From the IMG/VR virus record IMGVR_UViG_3300023179_000035, positions 1 through 64,000 of that record: a stretch of 64,000 nucleotides of DNA. One strand, given 5' to 3'. Origin of the DNA: a virus. Positions 39,306 to 48,244 of this stretch are shown here, piece after piece. The translations under genes were made by a program, and so were the position numbers. The first letter of the stretch is position 1, and each line of letters starts with the position of its first letter. The notes beneath the pieces are model-generated. The model was given only the letters and a program-made list of their open reading frames with translations. It ran no database searches and was not told where the DNA came from.

Positions 39306-40528
39306 TGCACAGGTTCTCCCTGCCCCGCCCATCAGGCAGCATCGGCTCCGGCTACGACAACCCGAACAGCACCGACTACACGGTGCCATCTTGCGGCGTC
39401 GAGGACGTCGACGCTGCCCTGTTCAACCTGTTCGACAAGCAGCTGCCTATGTTCGTGTCTGAGGACACGACACGACGCGTCGGCAACCAGTCGAGGGTGC
39501 CTGTCATATTCGCCGCGGGTGAGAAGTGGGCCCTGCTGAGGAAGGGCCGGGCCCTTCGTGACAACGCTGGTACCCTGATACTACCTCTCATAACCATCGC
39601 CAGGACAGGCATCGAGCAGACGAGTAACGATGTGACAGGCAGGGGAATCAACCAGCAGACAGGGCTGTTGACCTTTACACGCAGGCTCGCCCAAGAGGAC
39701 AGGGCGTACCAGAACCTGATCAACAAGCTCTACATAAAGAACCAGCCTAGCACGTTCCTGCCCCTGGCAGAGCCGAGCGAGGTGCCATACCAGGCCCGGA
39801 CGTCTAGGTCAGTCGGCGCTGCAAGAAGCCAGGTGGCTGTCAGTGACGGGTCGCTGCTGGCCCCCCAGCTTAATAGGAACATCTTTGAGACGATAGAGCT
39901 ACCGGCCCCCCAGTTCTTTACTGCCAAGTACGAGGTGACAATCTGGACGCAGTACACACAGCAGATGAACCAGCTGCTAGAGACCCTGATGAGCTCCTTC
40001 CTGCCACAGGGCCGCTGCTTCAGGCTAGACACCCAGAAGGGCTACTGGTTCGTGGCGTACGTAGAAGACTCCTACGCTCAGGACGCCAACTTTGACGACA
40101 TGTCCGGGCAGGAGAGGATCATTAAGAACAAGATCAGCATGCACGTCCCGGCCTACGTCCTGGCCTCTTCGGCCCCCGGTGTTCCCATCGCTGTGCGGCG
40201 TCGCCTGTCGTCCGTGGACGTTAGCTTCGAGACGACGATAGACGTCCCGCTGGGCTACCCGTGGGTCGGCGCCGACGACCCGACCCTGCCTCTCGTCAAG
40301 TCTGACAGCAACCTCAGGAGCGACGGCAGGGACACGGGAGTTGGGCCGCTCGACTCGTCGGCCGGAAGCGATCCAGCCCTGTCGTCGTACCCTCGTGGGG
40401 TGCCAGGCAGCTACGTCGTCTCTGGAAGCCTACTGAAGAGGGCCCCCATACGGGGCCCACACGGTGAGTCAACCGTCAGCGTGGCCGAGTTCTTCGCCCA
40501 GGTGCTGCAAGACCCGCTTGCCAAGTAA
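39305..40528 (+). CDS. Tail completion/sheath terminator protein (gp15-like)
   Basis: VPVIFA.GEKW, LPLITI.R, YEVTIWTQY.QQMN.L.E. Confidence 0.7.
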   Translation: MHRFSLPRPSGSIGSGYDNPNSTDYTVPSCGVEDVDAALFNLFDKQLPMFVSEDTTRRVGNQSRVPVIFAAGEKWALLRKGRALRDNAGTLILPLITIARTGIEQTSNDVTGRGINQQTGLLTFTRRLAQEDRAYQNLINKLYIKNQPSTFLPLAEPSEVPYQARTSRSVGAARSQVAVSDGSLLAPQLNRNIFETIELPAPQFFTAKYEVTIWTQYTQQMNQLLETLMSSFLPQGRCFRLDTQKGYWFVAYVEDSYAQDANFDDMSGQERIIKNKISMHVPAYVLASSAPGVPIAVRRRLSSVDVSFETTIDVPLGYPWVGADDPTLPLVKSDSNLRSDGRDTGVGPLDSSAGSDPALSSYPRGVPGSYVVSGSLLKRAPIRGPHGESTVSVAEFFAQVLQDPLAK

Positions 40529-40600
40529 ACGCTGTCAAAAAAGATAAACGCCCCTGGCGTCTATAATTAGTCATGGCAGCCAACAACCGGAGACAACAAG

Positions 40601-43600
40601 ATGGCCGAGCAGACATTCCGTTCACCTAATTTCTTTGACAGAGAGATAGACCTCTCAGGCAAGGTTCCAACCCCTCCGACCGGGACACCTGCCGGCGTCA
40701 TTGGAACATCCAATAAGGGGCCCGCCTTCGTTCCGGTTACAGTAGGCAACTTTGATGACTTTTCGCTGAAGTTTGGTGGCCTCAACCCAGACCACCCAGC
40801 CGTGTACGCTGTCAACAGGTTCCTAGAGACCAGGCAGTCTCTCACCTTCCTCAAGGTCCTCGGGGCGGGAGCTAACTCCTCGTCAGCAGACTCTGACTAC
40901 ACCAGAACGTACGGCAGGGTCGTCAACGCAGGGTTCACGCTGCCGTCTAGCAACTCAAACGGAGGCGTCTACTTCATATCGACTACCGAGGTCCCGACCG
41001 TCAGCGAGTCGTACGGCTTTCCTATGTTCAATGACAACGACTCCTTCTCTGGCTACGACTCCGTGTCAGGCACACTGGGCTCTGCAGGCATGCAGCTCAT
41101 CAGGGGCATGGTCATGCTGCCTTCGACAGCCAGGCTACTGACGTTTGGGTCGGGCACAAACGTGACTGAGACAGACGTCAACAGCCTCAACAAAGACCAC
41201 ACGTGGCTGGCCGACTCCCCTCTGGATGGTGACGCGGGCCTGGACTACTACTTCAAGCTCGTTATATCCTCTTCAAACTCTGACTTTAAGGCCTACAACA
41301 CGTCAGACGGCATAAAGGGCGTCAAGATATTCAGCGCGTCGCTCAACCCGAGCTCGCCCAACTACATCGGCAAGATACTCAACACTGACTCCAAGAAGTT
41401 CGAGGAGAAGCAGCACTTCCTATACGCTCACTTCCCAATCGACCACCAGGTGTCGTTCCCCGTCTCGGCCTCGCTGCTGTCTGGGACGCAAAACTCTAGC
41501 TTGGTCGACACCAACATCAAGTATAGGGACCTATTTGGTCACTTTGACACCCGCTTCACGACGCCAGCCTCTCCGACGTTCATATCACAGCCCTTCGGCG
41601 ACAAGGAGCACGACCTCTTCCACTTCGAGGCCCTGGACGACGGTGAGTTCGCCAACAAGCTCTACAAGATATCTGTCGCCAACCTCAAGGTGTCAGCTGA
41701 CCCGACGAACCCATACGGAACATTCTCGGTGCAGGTCAGGGACTGGAACGACTCGGACATAACACCTTCCATCCTAGAGCAGTACGATAACTGCGACCTC
41801 AACCCAAGCTCCCCCAACTACGTCGCCAAGCTGATCGGAGACATGCGCAGGTACTTCAACTTTGACGCCTCCACGCTGGCGGAGCGCAGGGTCCTCATAG
41901 ACGGCAACTTTGAGAACGTGTCCAAGCGCGTCAGAGTCGTCATGAACGACGACGTCAAGAACAAGCAGGTCCCGGCCAAGTCGTTGCCCTTCGGCTTCAG
42001 GGGAATGCAGCTCCTCAAGACCGCTGACACCATCAGCGGCATGAGCGGCTCAATCAACGCCGCCGCGACCATCCTGCAGCGTTCTGCCGGGACGGTGTCA
42101 GCCCAGCTACCACCGATACCCTTCAGGGTCAAGCTGACGACGGGCCAGGTTAACATGTCGGGCAGCCTATTTGACACCAGCAAGTACGAGGTCCTGAAGC
42201 CTAGCCTGTACTGGGGTGTCAAGTTCGAGCGCAACACAGACATCCTGAAGGTCAACGAGGTGGTAGAGCGCAACGAGCTGCTCGACAGCTACACCAAGTT
42301 CCTTGGAATACCTGGGCTGATGACCCTGACTGACCAGGACACGGCGGACTCCCTCAACAACAACAAGTTCAGCCTGTCGAGGGTCACCTTCAACGTCACC
42401 AGCCTGGACAACATGACGCAGTCGGCCGAGTTGCACATGCTGAACACAGCCTACATCAGGAACGGCGTTCCTGACCCGAACAGCTACATGATGGTCGACA
42501 CGACGAACAATATCAGCACCCCACACGTCACCCTAGCCTCTCTTGTCAACGCCACAGACAACAGCTACACTAACGGTGTCGTCGCTGCGTCTAACTTCAA
42601 CAGGTTCGCGCAGTACACGAAGTTCACCACGTTCATGTACGGAGGCTTCGACGGCACCAACATCCTCGACAACGACTCGAGGCTCCTCAACGAGAAGTCG
42701 CTGTCTTTCGTTGAGGTCTCCTCTGACGGGTCGGCGGGCGGTGCTTCAAGCATGTATGAGATGCCGGGCTTCCCAGGCTACAACCCGTCAGGAGTCCACG
42801 GCAAGAACGCTTCAGTGATGTCCTACAAGACTGCCGCTGACATCATGACTGACCCATACGCGGTGGCCACCAACATCCTGACGATACCTGGCATCAAGGA
42901 GTCGTTCGTCACAGACTACGCGGCCGAAAAGGTCCGTAGCTACGGCCTGGCCCTCTACGTCATGGACATCACGTCCTACGACGACGACAACAAGGCGATA
43001 TTCGACGGCACCAGGGCCAAGCCAAACATCGAGAACACTGCGGCCCAGTTCGAGCAGCGCAACATGGACAACGACTACGTGGCGACGTACTTCCCCGACG
43101 TGTTCTTGGATGACGCCACCAACCGCCGCCGCGTCAAAGTCCCAGCGTCAGTCGCGGCCCTTAGCGCCCTCGGCTTCAACGACAAGGATACGTTCCCGTG
43201 GTTCGCCCCGGCCGGCTTCAACAGGGCGTCCCTTGACTTCGTCACCAACGTTCAGGTGCGCCTCAACGTCACCGACAGGGACAGGCTGTACGACGCTAAG
43301 ATCAATCCAATCGCGACCTTCCCACGCCAGGGCTTCGTCATCTACGGCCAGAAGACGGTCAAGGCCAAGAAGTCTGCCCTGGACCGCGTCAACGTCCGCC
43401 GGCTGCTCCTCGAGGTCAAGAGGATAATCGGCAACATAGCCACCAACCTGATATTCGAGCAGAACACGCCGGCCCTTCGCAATAAGTTTGTGGCAGACGC
43501 CACCGTCCAGCTGGGCCTCATCCAGGCGCAGGCGGGCATCGAGGCGTCGCAGGTCATCATGAACGAGTCGAACAACACCCAGGACGACGTCGACAACAAC

Positions 43601-43696
43601 AGGCTCAACGGGCGCGTCGTCATAGTGCCGACCCGGTCGATCGAGTTCATCGCCATAGACTTCATAGTCACAAACAGCGGCGTTCAGTTCGTGTGA
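40601..43696 (+). CDS. Tail sheath protein 1
   Basis: SPNFFDREIDLS, KGPAFVP, WFAPAGFNR, INPIATFP, GQKT, SALDRVNVRRLL. Confidence 0.95.
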   Translation: MAEQTFRSPNFFDREIDLSGKVPTPPTGTPAGVIGTSNKGPAFVPVTVGNFDDFSLKFGGLNPDHPAVYAVNRFLETRQSLTFLKVLGAGANSSSADSDYTRTYGRVVNAGFTLPSSNSNGGVYFISTTEVPTVSESYGFPMFNDNDSFSGYDSVSGTLGSAGMQLIRGMVMLPSTARLLTFGSGTNVTETDVNSLNKDHTWLADSPLDGDAGLDYYFKLVISSSNSDFKAYNTSDGIKGVKIFSASLNPSSPNYIGKILNTDSKKFEEKQHFLYAHFPIDHQVSFPVSASLLSGTQNSSLVDTNIKYRDLFGHFDTRFTTPASPTFISQPFGDKEHDLFHFEALDDGEFANKLYKISVANLKVSADPTNPYGTFSVQVRDWNDSDITPSILEQYDNCDLNPSSPNYVAKLIGDMRRYFNFDASTLAERRVLIDGNFENVSKRVRVVMNDDVKNKQVPAKSLPFGFRGMQLLKTADTISGMSGSINAAATILQRSAGTVSAQLPPIPFRVKLTTGQVNMSGSLFDTSKYEVLKPSLYWGVKFERNTDILKVNEVVERNELLDSYTKFLGIPGLMTLTDQDTADSLNNNKFSLSRVTFNVTSLDNMTQSAELHMLNTAYIRNGVPDPNSYMMVDTTNNISTPHVTLASLVNATDNSYTNGVVAASNFNRFAQYTKFTTFMYGGFDGTNILDNDSRLLNEKSLSFVEVSSDGSAGGASSMYEMPGFPGYNPSGVHGKNASVMSYKTAADIMTDPYAVATNILTIPGIKESFVTDYAAEKVRSYGLALYVMDITSYDDDNKAIFDGTRAKPNIENTAAQFEQRNMDNDYVATYFPDVFLDDATNRRRVKVPASVAALSALGFNDKDTFPWFAPAGFNRASLDFVTNVQVRLNVTDRDRLYDAKINPIATFPRQGFVIYGQKTVKAKKSALDRVNVRRLLLEVKRIIGNIATNLIFEQNTPALRNKFVADATVQLGLIQAQAGIEASQVIMNESNNTQDDVDNNRLNGRVVIVPTRSIEFIAIDFIVTNSGVQFV

Positions 43697-43745
43697 AGTT
43701 GGCCGTCGTAATAGTTATGAAGCAATCAGCTAGGAGCCACACCAG

Positions 43746-46700
43746 ATGAGCAGCACTTACAGAGTTAGCCCAGGCGTCACCTCACGTGAGATAGACCTAA
43801 CAGGACCGACTACGACTGGGCCGAGGGGGGTGCCTGCAGGAGTCATAGGCACATCACAGATGGGACCTGCCTTCGTCCCGATCACCGTGGCCAACATCTC
43901 AGAGCTAGAGAACAGGTTCGGTGCCTTTGACAGGACAGAGTTTGGAATCCTGGCCGCCCGTGAGTGGCTGTCCAACGCTCAGGCCCTGACATACCTCAGG
44001 GTGCTGGGCGTTGGGACGGGCGAGATGAGCATGGTCAACGACAACGACTCCCCTGGGTCGGGAGCCGGCAGGGTAAAGTACGCTGGCTTCGTAGTCGGTA
44101 ACAAGCTTCCCGGAGCCGCCCTTGGCGGCACCTCGTGGGGTGACCTGGTCGGTAATCCATACGCTTCAGGTAGCGGCCCTGGCGGCAGGACCTACTTCTT
44201 AGGAGCTTTCATGGGGGCAGACGTCAACGTCGCCTCGGTGGGAGACCAGCTCTTTACAAGCGGCGTCCTCGCTGGCACAGCACCGCAGCCTTTCATCGTA
44301 GGAGTCCTGATGGCTCCAAGCGGGGTCGTCCTGACTCTGTCGTCGACGTACGGCGGTGGAAACTCTGACGTCGCCTCGTCTAACGCTTACCTGCCTAGCG
44401 GGTCAAGTGTTGGAGACGTGGTCCTCAAGAGCCCAGCCTCGACGATGTCTGGGATGAGCCAGTTCGTCATGCTGCTCAACGGGCACGCTACAGGAACGAC
44501 TGCCATAACAGCCTCGTTGTCCAGGAACAGCAACTCCTACTTCGGCTCCACCTTCAACACAGTTCCTACGAAGATGCAGGAGGCCGGTCACTACCTCTAC
44601 GCTGCCTGGGACTACCCAGGCCTGTCTGTGACAGGGTCCAGCCTGATGTCAGGGTCTGTCACCAGCTCTTACTCTAATCCAAAGTACGTTGAGCCTATCG
44701 TCTTCCTGCTGACTGGCTCCAACGACCAGAACCACGTCAGCGCCACGTCACCTAACTACGAGAACTTTGAGACACGCTTCGGCCACGCAGTCACTCCGAT
44801 GGTAGTGTCGCAGCGCATCGGCGGCAAGCCCACTGACCTCTTCCGCCTCCACGCCCTGTCAGACGGCGCCGGCGTCGCGAAGAATTACAAGTTCTCTATC
44901 GAGAATATAACGCCCTCCCCCGACCCTGCCTACCTATACGGCACGTTTGACCTCCTCGTCAGGTCGTGGAATGACACTGACTTTGAGAAGACGGTCTACG
45001 AGAAGTACACGGGCCTGTCGCTCGACCCAACAAACGACAGGTATATCGCCAAGGCGATCGGCGACGTCAACACCTACTACGACTTTGAGCGCGACACAAA
45101 CTCCCAGAAGCTCGTCGTCGAGGGGGACTACAACAACAACTCTAGCATCGTGAGGGTAGAGGTAAGCGACGATGTGTCCCTGGGGCTCGCCGCCGCAGAG
45201 TGCTTGCCGATGGGGTTCAGGGGACTCCCACACCTCGTCACTTCGGGCTCTGCCCTCAAGGTCGACGGCCTAGACCTAGCCGTGACAGGCTCTGGTGTCT
45301 CATCCTTCAGCAGCCTACTGAAGTCTGCCCGGCAGGCTCCGGTTCCGTACGTCCTGTCAATATACAAGGGCCTCAGCACGAAACGCACAGCAGACCCCAA
45401 CAGGTACTGGGGCGTCGCATTCGACCTACCAGTGCTAACAAACGACACAGGCGTCCAGCTGGGGCGCCACAAGAACCAGTTCGTGTCTGACTTCACCAAG
45501 TTCTTCCCACAGTTCATCGTGGGCAATCCCAACTTTGTCGTCGGCGACAATGCTGGTGTGGCTGACGACGTCAACTTCGGGGTGGTGGACGCCGACAGGT
45601 TCAACAACAACCTCTTCACGCTGGAGAACATCGCAGTCGTCACATCGTCCAAGACGCCGCACATGGCCGATCCAAACGCCTGGCAGAACGCTGAGTATAT
45701 GCGCAACGGCATCAAGCCTGCTGACGACCGCAGGATGCTAACCGTCTCTGACCTGACGACAGACAACAAGGGCTACGCCAAGTTCACCTTCGTGATGCAG
45801 GGCGGCTTCGACGGCGTCAACCTGTTCGACGAGCACTCGGCGGCCATCGACGGCGTAGCGGTGGAGTGCGACATGAGGCAGCCCCTACGGCACGACGTCA
45901 ACGGCGCCAACGTCAAGGCCTACACCAAGGCCCTGGACGTCATGAAGAACGTGACCAACGTCGACATACAGCTCCTCGCCATGCCAGGCATCAGGAACAC
46001 ATACGTGACTGACAGGGCCCTGGCCGCCGTCGAGTCCCGGTTCGACGCCATGTACCTGATGGACGTGGAGGCCTACGACCAGGGCGACAACCTCCTGCTA
46101 CCTGGCACGGAGAACTTCATGGACAACGGGCTGCCGGTGGAGAAGGTCGACGTCAGCTACACTGCGCAGAACTTCGCAGACCGCGGCATCAACTCCTCCT
46201 TCGGCGCTGCGTACTTCCCAGACCTCAGGTACGTCCACCCCAGCACTGCCGCTGAGGTCCAGGTACCACCGACTGTGGCTGTCCTCGGGGCCCTGTCCCT
46301 CAACGACAAACTGGGACACCCGTGGTTCGCTCCTGCCGGATACACCCGCGGGGTGCTGCCCAACGTGACAGACCCGACTGTTCCCCTGACAGACGCTGAC
46401 ATGGACAGGCTGTACGACAGGGACGTCAACATGGTCATCAAGAAGGCAGCCCCGGCCGGCACGGTGGTCTGGGGCCAAAAGACGCTGTTGAAGGCCGCCT
46501 CGGCCCTGGACCGCGTCAACGTCCGCCGCCTCTTGATAGAGGTACGACGCCAGGTCAGGGACATCGCCCAGACCATCCTCTTCGAGCCCAACAGGGCCGC
46601 CACCCTGGCCCGTTTCTCTGCTGCCATCACCCCGAGGCTGCAGACCATCCAGCAGCAGGCCGGCCTCGACAGGTTCAAGGTCATCATCGACTCCTCCACA

Positions 46701-46817
46701 ACGACGCAGGCCGACATCGAGAATAACACGGTCCGCGGCAAGATATACCTGCAGCCAACGAAGAGCGTCGAATTCGTGTCCTTGGACTTCGTTGTAACAA
46801 ACAACATCCAGCAGTGA
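43746..46817 (+). CDS. Tail sheath protein 2
   Basis: SPGVTSREIDL, GPAFVP, WFAPAGYTRG, WGQKTL, SALDRVNVRRLL. Confidence 0.95.
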   Translation: MSSTYRVSPGVTSREIDLTGPTTTGPRGVPAGVIGTSQMGPAFVPITVANISELENRFGAFDRTEFGILAAREWLSNAQALTYLRVLGVGTGEMSMVNDNDSPGSGAGRVKYAGFVVGNKLPGAALGGTSWGDLVGNPYASGSGPGGRTYFLGAFMGADVNVASVGDQLFTSGVLAGTAPQPFIVGVLMAPSGVVLTLSSTYGGGNSDVASSNAYLPSGSSVGDVVLKSPASTMSGMSQFVMLLNGHATGTTAITASLSRNSNSYFGSTFNTVPTKMQEAGHYLYAAWDYPGLSVTGSSLMSGSVTSSYSNPKYVEPIVFLLTGSNDQNHVSATSPNYENFETRFGHAVTPMVVSQRIGGKPTDLFRLHALSDGAGVAKNYKFSIENITPSPDPAYLYGTFDLLVRSWNDTDFEKTVYEKYTGLSLDPTNDRYIAKAIGDVNTYYDFERDTNSQKLVVEGDYNNNSSIVRVEVSDDVSLGLAAAECLPMGFRGLPHLVTSGSALKVDGLDLAVTGSGVSSFSSLLKSARQAPVPYVLSIYKGLSTKRTADPNRYWGVAFDLPVLTNDTGVQLGRHKNQFVSDFTKFFPQFIVGNPNFVVGDNAGVADDVNFGVVDADRFNNNLFTLENIAVVTSSKTPHMADPNAWQNAEYMRNGIKPADDRRMLTVSDLTTDNKGYAKFTFVMQGGFDGVNLFDEHSAAIDGVAVECDMRQPLRHDVNGANVKAYTKALDVMKNVTNVDIQLLAMPGIRNTYVTDRALAAVESRFDAMYLMDVEAYDQGDNLLLPGTENFMDNGLPVEKVDVSYTAQNFADRGINSSFGAAYFPDLRYVHPSTAAEVQVPPTVAVLGALSLNDKLGHPWFAPAGYTRGVLPNVTDPTVPLTDADMDRLYDRDVNMVIKKAAPAGTVVWGQKTLLKAASALDRVNVRRLLIEVRRQVRDIAQTILFEPNRAATLARFSAAITPRLQTIQQQAGLDRFKVIIDSSTTTQADIENNTVRGKIYLQPTKSVEFVSLDFVVTNNIQQ

Positions 46818-46838
46818 TAGACAAGGAATAGAAAGAGC

Positions 46839-47168
46839 ATGACAATGAAACTCACAGCCAACCAGCTCCGCCAGATCATCAAGGAGGAAGTCGATGCTAT
46901 GATGCCTGCCGCTGGAGGCAAAGACCCACAGCGCTTCCTCCACGGCTACGAGTCCGGTCACCCGATGGACGACGAGGGCTACATGGCCAAGTCCCGGATG
47001 GTGGATATCAAGGAGATGGCTGGGACGATCTGTGGCCTGGTGGAGGAGGGCGACCAGCTCCCAGCATGGGTGCAAGACCTGATCGCCAAGGCCCATGAGA
47101 ACCTTGAGCACGTCAAGGACTACATGGCCGGGGACGAGGCCCTGCGTGATGCCGGGGAGACAGACTGA
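46839..47168 (+). CDS. Small protein with MKLTANQLRQIIKEE leader; putative head-internal protein
   Basis: Shared leader; DEGYMAKS...LPAWVQ.LI..A...L helical domain. Confidence 0.7.
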   Translation: MTMKLTANQLRQIIKEEVDAMMPAAGGKDPQRFLHGYESGHPMDDEGYMAKSRMVDIKEMAGTICGLVEEGDQLPAWVQDLIAKAHENLEHVKDYMAGDEALRDAGETD

Positions 47169-47203
47169 CGCTGGCTGTGGCTCCGCCCTTCCTGTGAGAT
47201 AGG

Positions 47204-47240
47204 TCCTGGTGGTCCACGAGGCCACCAGGATTTTTCTTTT
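47204..47240 (+). terminator. Intrinsic terminator
   Basis: TCCTGGTGGTC / GGCCACCAGGA stem followed by TTTTTCTTTT. Confidence 0.85.
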
Positions 47241-47392
47241 CCTCTGGACGGTAGAAACCCACGCCTACTGTGGGAGGATTATCCTGGTGTCATCTAGATA
47301 CTTAAGCGACAGCCGATGATACGACCTGACACATTCCTCCGCCGCGTCATTCGTGAAGAGGCCAAGAGGGTCCTACACCCCAGCCATTTCGT

Positions 47393-48244
47393 GTGGGGCT
47401 CGTCCAGATGGGCTGCGGGACTGACCCCGCCCAGAACCTGGAGAGGGCTGTCGAGCTGACGCGTGAGGCAGCCCGGCTAGGCGCCAACGTCGTGTGTCAC
47501 CAGGAGCTGTTCCTGACGCAGTACTTCTGTCGCGTCCAGGACCCCCGTTCCTTTGGCCTGGCCGAGAGCGTTCCAGGCCCCACGACGGGTGCCATGAGTC
47601 GCCTCGCCAGGGAGCTGGGCGTCGTCATCGTGGTCCCTCTCTTCGAGAGGGCCGGCGCCCGCTTCTACGACACGGCTGTCATCATTGACGCTGACGGCTC
47701 CCTGGCGGGCAAGTACCGCAAGACGCACCTGCCGGAGGAGCCGCTGTACCACGAGAAGTTCTACTTCTCCCCTGGAGACCTTGGGTTTAGGGCCCACGAC
47801 ACACGGTTCGGTCGTATCGGCGTGCTCGTCTGTTGGGACCAGTGGTTCCCAGAGGCGGCCCGCCTGACTGCCCTGGACGGGGCAGACGTGCTGCTGTACC
47901 CCACAGCTATCGGGTGGAGCTCTGCTGACAGGGACCAGTACGGGGAGGCTGACCTGTCTGCCTGGGAGACAGTGCAGCGGGGCCACGCCATCTCTAACGG
48001 CGTCTATGTCGTGGCCGCCAACCGGACAGGGAGAGAGGGTCCACCAGGGCAAGACATCCAATTCTGGGGCTCGTCTTTCGCTGTCGACCCACACGGGCGG
48101 GTGGTGGCCAGGGCCTCCAGGGACGGCCAGGGGGTTTTAGTCGTTGACATCGACCCCTGGGAGGTCGCTGAGGCCCAACGACAGTGGCCCTTCTTTCGGG
48201 ACAGGCGGGTGGACGCCTACGGCGGGCTGGTTGGCGGCAGGTGA
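47393..48244 (+). CDS. Carbon-nitrogen hydrolase (N-carbamoylputrescine amidase-like); true start uncertain
   Basis: Catalytic E-K-C in HQELF, YRKTHLP and VCWDQWFPE; YPTAIGW; WPFFRDRR. Confidence 0.88.
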   Translation: MGLVQMGCGTDPAQNLERAVELTREAARLGANVVCHQELFLTQYFCRVQDPRSFGLAESVPGPTTGAMSRLARELGVVIVVPLFERAGARFYDTAVIIDADGSLAGKYRKTHLPEEPLYHEKFYFSPGDLGFRAHDTRFGRIGVLVCWDQWFPEAARLTALDGADVLLYPTAIGWSSADRDQYGEADLSAWETVQRGHAISNGVYVVAANRTGREGPPGQDIQFWGSSFAVDPHGRVVARASRDGQGVLVVDIDPWEVAEAQRQWPFFRDRRVDAYGGLVGGR

